Notes under the pieces: model-generated
Told to the model about the DNA's origin: nothing
The model's database searches: none
What the model saw: only the letters and a program-made list of their open reading frames with translations
Shown here: positions 1 to 10,059 of the stretch, in pieces
Layout of the letters: every line of letters begins with the position of its first letter
Numbering within the stretch: the first letter of the stretch is position 1
Made by a program: the position numbers and the translations under genes
Assembly: GCA_048267165.1 (NCBI GenBank)
Contig: JBLWYD010000003.1
Coordinates: 60,707-124,706, forward strand
Origin: Bacteroidota bacterium
GTDB lineage: Bacteria > Bacteroidota > Ignavibacteria > Kapaibacteriales > UBA2268
Direction: 5' to 3'
DNA: 64,000 nt

Positions 1-90
1 TAGTTTATTAAGTATTGGCTCAGCATCCTGAGCAGAAGCAGTGAATGTATTAATTACCAGTAATAGGGCTATTATTTTTAGAGTTTTCAT
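1..90 (-). CDS. 5' end of a secreted or periplasmic protein gene that runs off the window. It is third in the operon after the ABC ATPase and permease.
   Basis: The reverse complement of 1..90 reads MKTLKIIALLLVINTFTASAQDAEPILNKL..., a signal-peptide-like N-terminus. Its ATG overlaps the permease stop (TAATG). It is not in the ORF track because it is truncated. Confidence 0.35.
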   Translation of the reverse strand, partial: MKTLKIIALLLVINTFTASAQDAEPILNKL

Positions 91-926
91 TAGCTAAGTA
101 TATCTTTGTTTTTGAAGTAATAGAATGTAAATGTTATGAATGCTATAGTATATGCTAGATTGACATATATAGCGTGAGTTAGTTTGGCTGTGTTTAGCTC
201 CATAGTAAAGAACAAATCCCAAGAAGGCAGATAAGTCGTAAATAGATATGGTATTGCAGGACCGATAAGCGCATAGCCAAGAGTACTGACAATAGTTAGT
301 CCAACAATTATAGCAAAAGTACCTACAATTGGGCCAATAGAATTTTCTGATAATGATGATAGTAAAAATGAAAGCGAGGTAACTGTAGTCATTGATAATA
401 TACCGTATAGTGTAGCATAGCCAAACCGCCAAAGTGTATCGTCAGCTGAAAGTATGCTGATAGTGCTTTTAATAACTATCAAATCTCCAACTCCGAAAAT
501 TAGATAGCCAAGTACTAAGCTAAGTGATATCATAAACAATAGTAGCATTACAGTATATATCCAAGCTGATATAAACTTAGCTGCTAATAGTTTGCTTCTG
601 CTAATTGGTCTTGTCAGCAATAGTCGGAATGTCCCGTTGTTTGCTTCACCCGAAATCATATCACCAGCAGTTATGGATATAAGTATTGGCAAGTGAATCC
701 ATAAACTATTGAGTATTACGAACGCCATAGTGTATGCATTAATCAAATTACCACTAAGCAAGAATTTATCTTTCAGACTATCGATTAGAAATCCAAGTAG
801 CTGCTCTCCCTCGAATAAGAATCCAAGATTAACTACAACTACTATGAAAGCGATAGCCCCGAAACCTATGTAGGTTCTAGGTTTCCTGAATATTTTATAT
901 AATTCTATTTGTATTAGTTTTATCAT
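90..926 (-). CDS. ABC-2 family transporter permease
   Basis: 278-aa polytopic hydrophobic protein. It has a 4-bp start/stop overlap with the upstream ABC ATPase gene. Confidence 0.7.
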   Translation of the reverse strand: MIKLIQIELYKIFRKPRTYIGFGAIAFIVVVVNLGFLFEGEQLLGFLIDSLKDKFLLSGNLINAYTMAFVILNSLWIHLPILISITAGDMISGEANNGTFRLLLTRPISRSKLLAAKFISAWIYTVMLLLFMISLSLVLGYLIFGVGDLIVIKSTISILSADDTLWRFGYATLYGILSMTTVTSLSFLLSSLSENSIGPIVGTFAIIVGLTIVSTLGYALIGPAIPYLFTTYLPSWDLFFTMELNTAKLTHAIYVNLAYTIAFITFTFYYFKNKDILS

Positions 927-1834
927 TTTGTCACGCTGATGAAGTATTCTTCAAGTGAGCGAATCGGCTCTATCGAATATACTTTCACCCCTTCGTTAGA
1001 AAGAAAATCATTCAATTTAGGTATGCTTTCGTGTTCTATAAGTAAAGTCAATTTCTCTTTTTCTATTCCATTCAGATTATTCTTAAAATCAGAACTTTTT
1101 AACAACCCAAGAGTACGCTCATTGTCATCAGTCACATAACTGACTTTCATTCTGCTGCCAGTTAGTAGCTCCGATACATTGCCTTCGACCATTGATTTAC
1201 CTTTGTTAATGATAACCATTCGATTGCAAATCTGTTCTACTTCGTTGAGTATATGACTAGAGATGATAACAGTAATCCCACGCTCTTTGTTGATACGAAC
1301 TATTAGCTCACGCATATCAACTTGTCCTTGTGGGTCAAGACCATTAGCCGGCTCATCGAGTATTATAAGTTTTGGGTCGTGGAGTAAGGTTTGGGCTATG
1401 CCTAATCGTTGTTTCATACCTTGCGAGAAGGTTTTGACTTTGCTCTCTCTTCTTGATGTTAGCCCTACTAGTTCTAGGACTTCATCTATTTTGGATTTTA
1501 GCTTCTGTACACCTGAGATTTTACCGAGTATCTCCAAGTTCTTCTGAGCAGTTAGGTAAGGGTAAAAGTCTGGTTTTTCAATCAAAGCACCAACTTGGGC
1601 AAGAGTCTCCTCTCTCTCATTTACTATATTCTTTCCTAGTAAAGTGATATTACCTGATGTTGGCTTGATTAGGGATAGAGTCATTCGTATTGAGGTGCTT
1701 TTACCAGCACCGTTTGGGCCGAGGAAGCCGAATATATCGCCTTCATATACCTTGAATGATAAGTCGTTAACAGCAAGGAAGTCCTTGTACTGTTTAGATA
1801 CGTGGTCAAATTCTAAGAAAACTTCTTTTTTCAA
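923..1834 (-). CDS. ABC transporter ATP-binding protein
   Basis: Walker A GPNGAGKST, ABC signature FSQGMKQRLGIAQ, Walker B LIILDEP and an H-loop SSH. Confidence 0.9.
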   Translation of the reverse strand: MKKEVFLEFDHVSKQYKDFLAVNDLSFKVYEGDIFGFLGPNGAGKSTSIRMTLSLIKPTSGNITLLGKNIVNEREETLAQVGALIEKPDFYPYLTAQKNLEILGKISGVQKLKSKIDEVLELVGLTSRRESKVKTFSQGMKQRLGIAQTLLHDPKLIILDEPANGLDPQGQVDMRELIVRINKERGITVIISSHILNEVEQICNRMVIINKGKSMVEGNVSELLTGSRMKVSYVTDDNERTLGLLKSSDFKNNLNGIEKEKLTLLIEHESIPKLNDFLSNEGVKVYSIEPIRSLEEYFISVTK

Positions 1835-2009
1835 ATTAGATAGTATTGTTGTTGGTTTCAGCTAGTAACGAATGAAAATAATTTTTCGTGGGGAGTTTAT
1901 AACTTCATAAAGTCTATTATTAGCTTTATTATTTATTTTCGATGCAAGATTTATCAAATTAATCCGTAATTTTATTGGTCTTATTCTATCATTAAATAAA
2001 GGTTTTTCA

Positions 2010-2567
2010 ATGAAAAAGTTACTATTATTACTTATGTTAGTTACTCTTGTGGCATGTAATCAATCGGAAGATGAAATGCACGACTCACAGCAATGGTCAA
2101 GCGATACTATACCTCACCCCGAAGATGGGACTAATTCATCTAAAGTCAATGGAAGTAATCAGGGTAGCTCAACTACGGAATCAACAACTCCATTCAAAAT
2201 GGAAGAAATAGCAGGTGAGTGGGAAGTTACTATGACTGTTACCAGTACTAACTGCGAAGGTGTTACTACTAACGAAGTAACAGAACAACGTTGGTTCGTA
2301 AATTTTGAGACTGGTGGACTGAACATAACTGTGATGACTAAGGGCAGTAAAGTAAAAGAATATTGGGGCTTTTTCACTGGTAAGAACCTAGAAGCTATAG
2401 CGGATAGAAAACTTACAAAACAAGAAATGCAATTGCTTAACAGCAAAAACGCTAATAGAAATACTCTTAATATGACAGTTGCTGATAAAAACAACATAAC
2501 AGGAAACAGGGTAGATATTAGCAAAGATCTATGCCGTACAGATTATACAATCGTGATGAAGCGGTAA
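2010..2567 (+). CDS. hypothetical lipoprotein
   Basis: Signal peptide with lipobox LVAC followed by a Ser/Thr-rich linker. No recognisable catalytic motif. Confidence 0.5.
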   Translation: MKKLLLLLMLVTLVACNQSEDEMHDSQQWSSDTIPHPEDGTNSSKVNGSNQGSSTTESTTPFKMEEIAGEWEVTMTVTSTNCEGVTTNEVTEQRWFVNFETGGLNITVMTKGSKVKEYWGFFTGKNLEAIADRKLTKQEMQLLNSKNANRNTLNMTVADKNNITGNRVDISKDLCRTDYTIVMKR

Positions 2568-2636
2568 TATTAAAGAGAACAGTCAACCAGAATGAACCGT
2601 CTATCCTGAACGCAGCGTAGCGAAATGAAGGATCCA

Positions 2637-2682
2637 GGTAAAAAAAGTATTGCCGTTGGCTTTAGCCAACGGATAGAAGAGC
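2637..2682 (+). repeat. ~46-nt intergenic hairpin element, copy 1 (aaaaaGTATTGCCGTTGGCttTAGCCAACGGATAGAAGAGC)
   Basis: Near-identical to the reverse complement of 4240..4285 and related to 28158..28211. It contains the 9-bp stem CCGTTGGCT/AGCCAACGG. Confidence 0.7.
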
Positions 2683-2815
2683 CAGCACAACCCAACTTGG
2701 ACTTTAGTCCCATATTTAGTCGCCCCTCAAAAAAAAACTTTCACATTCTGTGAGACTTTTTTGCTGTTGGGGTGTCTTTATAGTATATTAGTAGTACATT
2801 AATTGAAAATATAAA

Positions 2816-4177
2816 ATGATAAAATTCCTCATAACTATACTAGCTACAACGATGCTTCTAGCAGCAACCCTATCTAGTGCTGAAATAATTCCTGTGTGGA
2901 ATAAGACTAACGAAGCTGGTGAAATTCACGATATGGAATTTCTTCGAGGGGAAGACCAATTTATACTACTTGCTGGTACGGCAGAAAACAGTCAAATACA
3001 GATAAGGGAAACAATGACAGGGGAATTGGTAAGAAGTTTCCCCATGAACTCGTTTCATCAACCAAAATTAGCGATTACTCCTGATAGTAACAGGTTTGTA
3101 TTAGTTACTGGTGGGACGGACAAATTAGGTGCAACTATCGAGCTAAGAGATATTAGTAGCTTTAACTTGATTAAAAAGGATTCACTGATTAATACCAAAG
3201 ATGAAATTTCAGGTAAAGATTTGTTCTATGTATTTAATCAAATAGTAATCGATCCAATTAGACCTTATGCATATGTGATATTAGAACACACTAATTTCAC
3301 AACAACACTGCCGAAAGATTCGACCTTTGTAATAATTTATAATTATGAAACCATGCAAAGATTAAAGGATTTAACTCCAATAGGATTTGGTGCAGAATAT
3401 ATTTCACAAATAGCTGTATCCAAAGATGGAAAATATCTAGCTACATTGAATGATGGTAAAGCATACCTAACGGTATGGAACTTAGAAACTTATGAGGAAA
3501 TGAGTAGTGTGAAGTTATGGGATGAAGACCTAACTGATAATTGGTGTGAATCTAAGGATATAGATTTTTCAGAAACTAATAGTGATTTGATATATTTTTC
3601 GGGAATTTATCCTAAAAAGAATATTGATAATACAAGTATTTATAAATATTTCGTTACCGAAAATTCTACTAGTAATGAGTATGATTTCGAATTTGGACCT
3701 GGTGAATTTATAATTAAAACTAAATCTGATAAATTATTAATTACAAGCGGCTTATTCTTTACTTACTATGATATTTCTAAAGATAGTATTATTCTATTTA
3801 GAAAAGAAGATAACGATTTCCCTTTCTCTAAAAATCTAATATTTTCAGATAAACACCATATATTAATTGGTAATAGATTTAGCAATGTAGGATCAATAAA
3901 ATTTGATGACCTTAGTATAGTTGATCATGAAGGAAAAGCAGAAATAATAATCTCGCCTAACCCAACAACCAGCTCCCTCAAAATAGAGATTGGCAACGAA
4001 GGACTAATCACTAGCTACAAAGTAACAGATGCTAATGGCAAGCAAGTTCTATCGGGTAGTAACTCGCCATCGACTTCGGTTAGTATAGATGTGGAGTCGT
4101 TATTAGTGGGAGTCTATATAATAGAGCTGACTACTAGCAGCGGCGATGTTGTTACCGATAAATTCGTGAAGGAGTGA
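2816..4177 (+). CDS. secreted beta-propeller-like protein with a T9SS C-terminal sorting domain
   Basis: Has a signal peptide. The C-terminal ~75 aa (IISPNPTTSSLKIEI...GVYIIELTTSSGDVVTDKFVKE) fits the Por/T9SS CTD pattern. Confidence 0.55.
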   Translation: MIKFLITILATTMLLAATLSSAEIIPVWNKTNEAGEIHDMEFLRGEDQFILLAGTAENSQIQIRETMTGELVRSFPMNSFHQPKLAITPDSNRFVLVTGGTDKLGATIELRDISSFNLIKKDSLINTKDEISGKDLFYVFNQIVIDPIRPYAYVILEHTNFTTTLPKDSTFVIIYNYETMQRLKDLTPIGFGAEYISQIAVSKDGKYLATLNDGKAYLTVWNLETYEEMSSVKLWDEDLTDNWCESKDIDFSETNSDLIYFSGIYPKKNIDNTSIYKYFVTENSTSNEYDFEFGPGEFIIKTKSDKLLITSGLFFTYYDISKDSIILFRKEDNDFPFSKNLIFSDKHHILIGNRFSNVGSIKFDDLSIVDHEGKAEIIISPNPTTSSLKIEIGNEGLITSYKVTDANGKQVLSGSNSPSTSVSIDVESLLVGVYIIELTTSSGDVVTDKFVKE

Positions 4178-4239
4178 GTGGGGGTGGTTAATCAAATGCT
4201 CTCATTTCGGCTCCGCTCAATGACCGCATTTCGGTGGTT

Positions 4240-4300
4240 GCTCTTCTATCCGTTAGCTTGAGGCCAACGGCAATACTTTTTTTCCTAGACTCTTCGGACT
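4240..4300 (-). repeat. intergenic hairpin element copy 2 (inverted) plus the GAAGAGTCTAGG module
   Basis: The reverse complement matches 2637..2682 at roughly 90%. On the + strand it reads as hairpin + CAATAC + T7, so it may also terminate gene 2816..4177. Confidence 0.65.
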
Positions 4301-4579
4301 TCCACACTTTGTGTTCTCTGTGTATTAAATTAAAATATCTAATCATTGTGTACTTTGTGTTAAAACAAAATATGATGTTAGGTTTATAAAAGCTGAGATG
4401 GTATAAACATTAGGAATAAACCCCATCTAGAAAATCCTTAAATCCTGTAATCCTGTTCTAACAAATAGAGATTACCACGTCACTGCGTTCCTCGTAATGA
4501 CTTATTACAAAGGGTTTGGGAGATTTGGAGACGTAAACAATACGACTCTACAAGGTTATTGGATTCTTCCACATTTCGT

Positions 4580-5842
4580 CTAACAAAATAGTAACTTCTT
4601 CGCTTTTTCTAGCTCTTCTCTGTGCATTGGGTGAGCTACCTTTATTAATTCAACTATTCGCTCTTCTATTGTTTTACCATAAAGATATGCGACACCATAT
4701 TCTGTTACAACATAGTGTATATGCGCTCTGGTTGTTACTACACCGGCGCCTTGCTTTAGGAAAGGAACGATTTTTGATTCACCTCTACTAGTAGTCGAGC
4801 TTAGTGCTATTATCGGTTTACCACCTTCCGATAGCGATGCCCCGCGGATGAAATCCATCTGCCCACCGACTCCTGAGTATATTTTAGCCCCTATCGAATC
4901 GGCACATACCTGACCCGTTAGGTCTATTTCGATTGCACTATTAATAGCTACTACTTTTGGGTTTCTTTGTATTACAGTCGGGCTGTTCACATAGTCAGAA
5001 TCCAACATATGTACCGAAGGGTTATCATCAATAAAGTCATATAACTTTCTGCTACCAACTACGAAAGAAGATACTATATAGCCCTTGTGCTTATTCTTGT
5101 ACTTCCCGTTTATTACTCCACTTTCCACTAGCGGCAATATACCATCGGAAAACATTTCCGAATGAATCCCTAAGTCTTTGTGGTTTCCTAGGAATGAAAG
5201 AACAGCATTTGGTATAGCTCCTATGCCCATCTGTAAGGTAGAGCCGTCATCTATTAACTCGGCTATGTTCTTACCAATAGCCATGTTTTCTTCGGAAAGC
5301 TCTTCGTATTCAACTTCGTATAAGTCTATGTTCCCTTCTACAGCTACATCAATATCGCTTATATGTATTATGCCATCGCCGTGAGTTCTAGGCATTTTAT
5401 TATTGATTTGTGCTATAACTATTTTGGCAGTTTCCATAGCCGCAAGTGAAGTATCTATCGAAGTTCCTAGTGAACAGAATCCGTGTTTGTCTGGCGGAGA
5501 TACTGTAATTAGGGCTACATCTATTTTTATTACTCCTTTGCGGAATAGCTTAGGTGCTTCACTAAGGAAAATCGGTATGTAGCTACTTCTTCCACCACGA
5601 ACTGATTGCCTAGTATTAGCACCTACGAACATAGCTTTTACTATGAATGAATCTTCCATACCTTCATTGCAATATGGAGCCGGGCCTTCGGTGTGGATTT
5701 GGTATATACTTACATTACGTAACTCACTATGTCTATCACTCATCGCTTGCACTAGTAGTGATGGAGTCGCAGCGGCTGAGTGGATATATACGTTGTCATT
5801 GCTTTTGATTAATTTTACTGCTTCTTGTGCTGTTTGAGTCAT
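4580..5842 (-). CDS. acetyl-CoA hydrolase/transferase family protein (4-hydroxybutyrate or succinyl-CoA CoA-transferase-like)
   Basis: 420 aa. The N-terminal VYIHSAAATP..., GxGG-type loops and overall length match the Cat1/Cat2/AbfT family. Confidence 0.8.
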   Translation of the reverse strand: MTQTAQEAVKLIKSNDNVYIHSAAATPSLLVQAMSDRHSELRNVSIYQIHTEGPAPYCNEGMEDSFIVKAMFVGANTRQSVRGGRSSYIPIFLSEAPKLFRKGVIKIDVALITVSPPDKHGFCSLGTSIDTSLAAMETAKIVIAQINNKMPRTHGDGIIHISDIDVAVEGNIDLYEVEYEELSEENMAIGKNIAELIDDGSTLQMGIGAIPNAVLSFLGNHKDLGIHSEMFSDGILPLVESGVINGKYKNKHKGYIVSSFVVGSRKLYDFIDDNPSVHMLDSDYVNSPTVIQRNPKVVAINSAIEIDLTGQVCADSIGAKIYSGVGGQMDFIRGASLSEGGKPIIALSSTTSRGESKIVPFLKQGAGVVTTRAHIHYVVTEYGVAYLYGKTIEERIVELIKVAHPMHREELEKAKKLLFC

Positions 5843-5991
5843 TGTTTATTTTCGTTTCAGTTTTTAATTTATACAAAATTAACCATTTCAAAGGAGTTAA
5901 AAAATAATTAAAGATTAAATACTCTTTTTTCTTTTATATCAAATATTCTTTTCATATATTTGTCTTAGGTAATAACACAAAATACGAATAA

Positions 5992-6360
5992 GTGAAAAGA
6001 ACATTTGCCATATTATCAATACTATTATACATCAACGCGTTGATTATACCCGTGTTTCCTGTATTCAATTACATGGTCAATACGGAACTATACGAAGCGT
6101 TGTGTATCAATAAAGACAAACCCCAAATGGAATGTAATGGTAAATGTCATCTTTCTGATGAGTTGAAAGAGCAGGAAACTAAAAAGAAAACTACTCCTCT
6201 ACTCGACATTAATCTAAAAGACTATCCTATCGGATTTGTACATTTCGTAGTGCTAGATGATTTGATTCCTACGGAGTTCGAACCCCATGTAATTCCTACT
6301 AGTGAATACTCATTTCATCTGGAGTTAGACATATTTCATCCCCCTAAGCAATTAGTATAA
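5992..6360 (+). CDS. hypothetical small membrane-anchored protein with a Cys-rich segment
   Basis: N-terminal transmembrane helix and the motif CINKDKPQMECNGKCH. It is the first gene of the cluster with the Met-rich lipoprotein and the TonB-dependent receptor. Confidence 0.35.
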   Translation: MKRTFAILSILLYINALIIPVFPVFNYMVNTELYEALCINKDKPQMECNGKCHLSDELKEQETKKKTTPLLDINLKDYPIGFVHFVVLDDLIPTEFEPHVIPTSEYSFHLELDIFHPPKQLV

Positions 6361-6439
6361 ATCACATATACTTACACAAAATAAATTGCTTTTTTTAACA
6401 AATAAATAATATAAATAAAAATATATAAAAGGGATAACT

Positions 6440-7225
6440 ATGTTTAATTCAATAAAATACGTAGCATTGTTGCTACTTGCATTCACACTATTTTCTTGTT
6501 CTGATGATGAAACTAATCCAGTAAAAGATAATGATGACGTTACACTTAACTCAATAGCTAATAAGACTTCTGGCGATTATACTTACGAAATAGTATCGGA
6601 AGATACGGAACTAAAAGAAGGACACAGTGTGTTCTACATAAGAGCTACGGACAACTCAAGTAACTCAATTGCTAAGGATTTATCAGTAAATCTGATGATG
6701 GATATGGGAATGATGATGCACTCGACTCCATTCATGACTGAAGTTGTGACTATGAATGACAAAGAATACATTAAAGTAGATGCTTCATTTATTATGGCTA
6801 GTGCAGGTGGTACTTGGTTCTTGACACTTAAGTCTGAAACTATGTCAATAGATGAGAGAATAGACTACACAGTAGTTGCTACTGGTAATGTAAAGAGATT
6901 TACTTATGAAGAAAAACCATACTTCGTAACACTTCGCTCTTTAGATTCTCCGAAGGTAGGAATGAATGACTTTACTGTTTCGATTCACACTCGTGAGACT
7001 ATGATGATACATCCAGCAGTTACTGATTTGACTACAGAAGTAGAGATGCTAATGCCATCTATGGGTCATGGCTCATCTGGAAACGAAAACCCTGTTCATG
7101 CTGCAAATGGTGTGTACAATGGTAAAGTGAACTTCAATATGACAGGCGATTGGCAAATAACATTAAAGCTGAAAAGAGGCGATATGATGATAGGCGAGCC
7201 AATAGTTTACACATTGGATTTCTAA
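6440..7225 (+). CDS. Met/His-rich periplasmic lipoprotein, putative Cu(I)-binding (YtkA/FixH-like C-terminal fold)
   Basis: Lipobox LFSCSDD. Met-rich motifs MMDMGMMMH, MMIH and MLMPSMGHGSSG. The C-terminus YNGKVNFNMTGDWQITLKL...GEPIVYTLDF resembles the YtkA/FixH beta-sandwich. Confidence 0.5.
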   Translation: MFNSIKYVALLLLAFTLFSCSDDETNPVKDNDDVTLNSIANKTSGDYTYEIVSEDTELKEGHSVFYIRATDNSSNSIAKDLSVNLMMDMGMMMHSTPFMTEVVTMNDKEYIKVDASFIMASAGGTWFLTLKSETMSIDERIDYTVVATGNVKRFTYEEKPYFVTLRSLDSPKVGMNDFTVSIHTRETMMIHPAVTDLTTEVEMLMPSMGHGSSGNENPVHAANGVYNGKVNFNMTGDWQITLKLKRGDMMIGEPIVYTLDF

Positions 7226-7245
7226 TCTAAATCTTAAAGAGAAAT

Positions 7246-7268
7246 GGGTGTACCAACTTGGTACACCC
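7246..7268 (+). promoter_or_regulatory. stable intercistronic hairpin (GGGTGTACCA-ACT-TGGTACACCC)
   Basis: Perfect 9-10-bp GC-rich stem 20 nt upstream of the TonB-dependent receptor start. No T-run follows. Confidence 0.4.
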
Positions 7269-7287
7269 ACAGTCTCTGGAGAATTAA

Positions 7288-9297
7288 ATGAAAAAGATTA
7301 TAATATTATTACTATTGCCATTCTTTTTGTTAGCTGAATCAGAGCAAGACTCAATCTCAAATATTGAGTACAAATCTGATGAGATTATAGTAATAGACGA
7401 TGATTTTAATGTAGTTCAGAAGAATATGAATACTGTGCTGAACTCAGTCGATGATTTGCTAAAGTATAACAACTCTATTGATTTGATAACACGTGCAAAT
7501 TTTGCTTCAGAAGCAATAGTACGCGGCTATGATCAAAATAGATTGAGTGTTACAATAGATGGTATGCGTATGTTCTCAGCTTGTATAGACAAGATGGATC
7601 CGATTACGTCATACATAGAAGTAGAGAACCTTAAAGCTAGTGAAGTATCTGCTGACAAATCAGATATGAGCCACGGTATTTCCGTTGGTGGAAGCTTGAA
7701 CTTCATAACTAATAAACCAGCACTCAATGAAGATTTTCGTATAGTCCTTGATAATCAATTCAGCTCTGCATCAGACTATTACAATAGCAAGGGTAGAGTT
7801 GATTACTCTAGTGGTAATTTCGCAACTTTACTTAGCTATTCTGTAAAAAATGCAGGTAATTATACAGCTGGTAATAGCTCATCTATCGGTAATAGTAGCT
7901 TCAGAAAAGAAAATATAAAGCTAAACACACTCTTCAATTCAAGCCAAAATATATCGCACGGATTAGAGTACATATATGACCACAGTGCAGATGTTGGCTA
8001 TCCTGCTCTAATTATGGATACTCGTAGCACTGAGATGAATATGATTTCTTACCAACTCAGTATGAAGAACGTAAGCGACGTGATACTCTCTTGGGATACA
8101 CGAGTTTATTACAATAGTATATCACATCTGATGGACGATTATGACAGAAGTGATGAAGAGATAATGAACAGAGCGGTTATGCCGGGCATGTATATGCCTA
8201 TGGATGGTACTACTGAGACTATGGGATTCTTGACTAAAAACAAGCTTTTGTTGGGTAAAGATGTACTGAAATTGACAATGGAAGTCTTCCGAATGAACGC
8301 ATTTTCGGATATGAGGATGGAGATGTTAGAGACTGGCAGAGAGATGTATCTAATCAATCTTGGTGATATAGAAACTTATAATGGTGGCGTTTACGCTGGG
8401 TATTTCACTCAACTAAGTGAATCATTTCTGTTGAAGCTAAACGGAAGAGTTGACTATATAACTCGTACTGTGAATAGTGAATTTGCAAGAGCAACTGCAG
8501 AAAGCTATTGGGGTGATAACTACTCTAATAACAATCTACAGCTCAACACTTCAGCGAATTTGCAAATGGATATTTCAAATCACGAAAGTGCTAATATGAC
8601 GATTTCGAGAGTAGAAAGAGCACCTACACATCTAGAGTCATTCGGGTTCTATATCTACAATATTGCAGATAATTCTATTTACATTGGTAACCCAAATTTG
8701 AATAAAGAAAAATCATATTCTGTAAACCTTGGATATGATTACAATGTCGAAAATTTCAATATTAAAGTTAATCTATACAATGACTATATAGTTGATTATA
8801 TAGCTGGTTTAGTAGATGAAGGAGTTGAAGTAGTAGAGACTTTCGCTCAGAGCTTTAAGTTATTCCAAAATATAGGCGATGCGAATATAACTGGTGTAGA
8901 AGCAAGTTTTGATTATAATATAAACGAGAGCTTTGGGATATTAACTAAGGTAAAGTACCAGTACTCTCGGTCTATTACTTACAATGAGTCATTGCCATTT
9001 ACACCACCTCTATCTGGGATTATTAATCTAAGTTATAATGCTGATGATTTGGTTTCTGTATTGAGTGCAGAGTTCGCTATGGAACAGAATAATATTTCTA
9101 AGAATATAACAATTGAAGATACTACTCCGGGTTATATGGTTCTCAACTGGAGAAATAACTATAAGATAAATGATACATTCACTGCCAGATTCGGCGTAGA
9201 GAATATCTTTGACAAATATTACTACACTCACTTTAGCATCAACAATCTACCTAATTTAGGAAGAAATCTATACTTAGGACTAGTTGTAGGGCTATAA
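7288..9297 (+). CDS. TonB-dependent outer-membrane receptor
   Basis: Signal peptide, candidate TonB box DEIIVID, a plug-domain motif (IDLITRANFASEAIVRGYDQNRLSVTIDGMRM) and a C-terminal barrel motif NIFDKYYY. Confidence 0.75.
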   Translation: MKKIIILLLLPFFLLAESEQDSISNIEYKSDEIIVIDDDFNVVQKNMNTVLNSVDDLLKYNNSIDLITRANFASEAIVRGYDQNRLSVTIDGMRMFSACIDKMDPITSYIEVENLKASEVSADKSDMSHGISVGGSLNFITNKPALNEDFRIVLDNQFSSASDYYNSKGRVDYSSGNFATLLSYSVKNAGNYTAGNSSSIGNSSFRKENIKLNTLFNSSQNISHGLEYIYDHSADVGYPALIMDTRSTEMNMISYQLSMKNVSDVILSWDTRVYYNSISHLMDDYDRSDEEIMNRAVMPGMYMPMDGTTETMGFLTKNKLLLGKDVLKLTMEVFRMNAFSDMRMEMLETGREMYLINLGDIETYNGGVYAGYFTQLSESFLLKLNGRVDYITRTVNSEFARATAESYWGDNYSNNNLQLNTSANLQMDISNHESANMTISRVERAPTHLESFGFYIYNIADNSIYIGNPNLNKEKSYSVNLGYDYNVENFNIKVNLYNDYIVDYIAGLVDEGVEVVETFAQSFKLFQNIGDANITGVEASFDYNINESFGILTKVKYQYSRSITYNESLPFTPPLSGIINLSYNADDLVSVLSAEFAMEQNNISKNITIEDTTPGYMVLNWRNNYKINDTFTARFGVENIFDKYYYTHFSINNLPNLGRNLYLGLVVGL

Positions 9298-9388
9298 ACA
9301 ACATAAGAGTACGAAAAGAGTCAAATAATTGTATTTACTCTGATACTTGATTAAATTGTGAATTGAATTTGAATCGAAAATAAAACAG

Positions 9389-10057
9389 TTGACTACAATT
9401 ATGAATTTAATATTTTTAGGCCCCCCCGGTGCAGGTAAAGGAACACAAGCTAAGCGTATATGTGATAAGCATAACTTAACACAAATTGCGACTGGCGATA
9501 TACTACGTGAGCATCTGAAAAACGAAACAGGTCTTGGTAAAAAAGCAAAAGAGTTTATCAATGCTGGTAACCTAGTACCCAATGATTTGATCATCGATAT
9601 GATGAGATATGAAATAGAGAAAAACAGATCAAAAGGTGGCTACCTACTTGACGGTTTCCCGAGAACTGTAACTCAAGCCGAAGCACTAGACGAATTGCTA
9701 AAAGATATAAACGATAAAATTGATGTAGCAATAGTACTCAATGTACCGAATAGCGAACTAATGGCTCGTTTGACTGGTCGTAGAGTATGCCCTAGCTGTG
9801 GCACTTCTTATCATCTGATATTCAATCCTCCTGCTAATGAAGGCGTTTGCGATCATGATGGCGAAGAGCTAATCCAAAGAAAAGATGATAACGAAGAAAC
9901 AGTGAACAATAGACTAGAAGTTTACGCTAATGAGACTAAACCTATTATCACTTACTACGAAAAGCAAGGACTAGCACACCACGTAGATGGTGTTGGTTCG
10001 GTTGACGAAATATTCAATCTGATAAACGAAGGAATCGATTCATTCGTGAACGATTAA
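9389..10057 (+). CDS. adk: adenylate kinase
   Basis: P-loop GPPGAGKGTQA and a zinc-lid motif CPSCGTSYH...CDHDG. The true start is probably the internal Met at 9401 (MNLIFLG). Confidence 0.9.
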   Translation: MTTIMNLIFLGPPGAGKGTQAKRICDKHNLTQIATGDILREHLKNETGLGKKAKEFINAGNLVPNDLIIDMMRYEIEKNRSKGGYLLDGFPRTVTQAEALDELLKDINDKIDVAIVLNVPNSELMARLTGRRVCPSCGTSYHLIFNPPANEGVCDHDGEELIQRKDDNEETVNNRLEVYANETKPIITYYEKQGLAHHVDGVGSVDEIFNLINEGIDSFVND

Positions 10058-10059
10058 CA

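Noticed and set aside
94-432. 112-aa ORF antisense to the ABC permease. Similar antisense ORFs lie at 939..1139, 1263..1865, 5178..5837, 21045..21752, 43481..44118, 45478..46119, 60401..61156 and 61697..62053.
   Set aside because: They are embedded in the opposite strand of well-supported genes. Low-complexity or Ser/Leu-rich translations are typical of antisense frames.
6265-6295. GGAGTTCGAACCCC, a tRNA T-arm-like motif
   Set aside because: The flanking sequence does not form acceptor, D and anticodon stems. It lies inside an ORF.
9292-9594. 100-aa minus-strand ORF overlapping the adk start
   Set aside because: It conflicts with the strongly supported adk gene. The peptide is hydrophobic and low-complexity.
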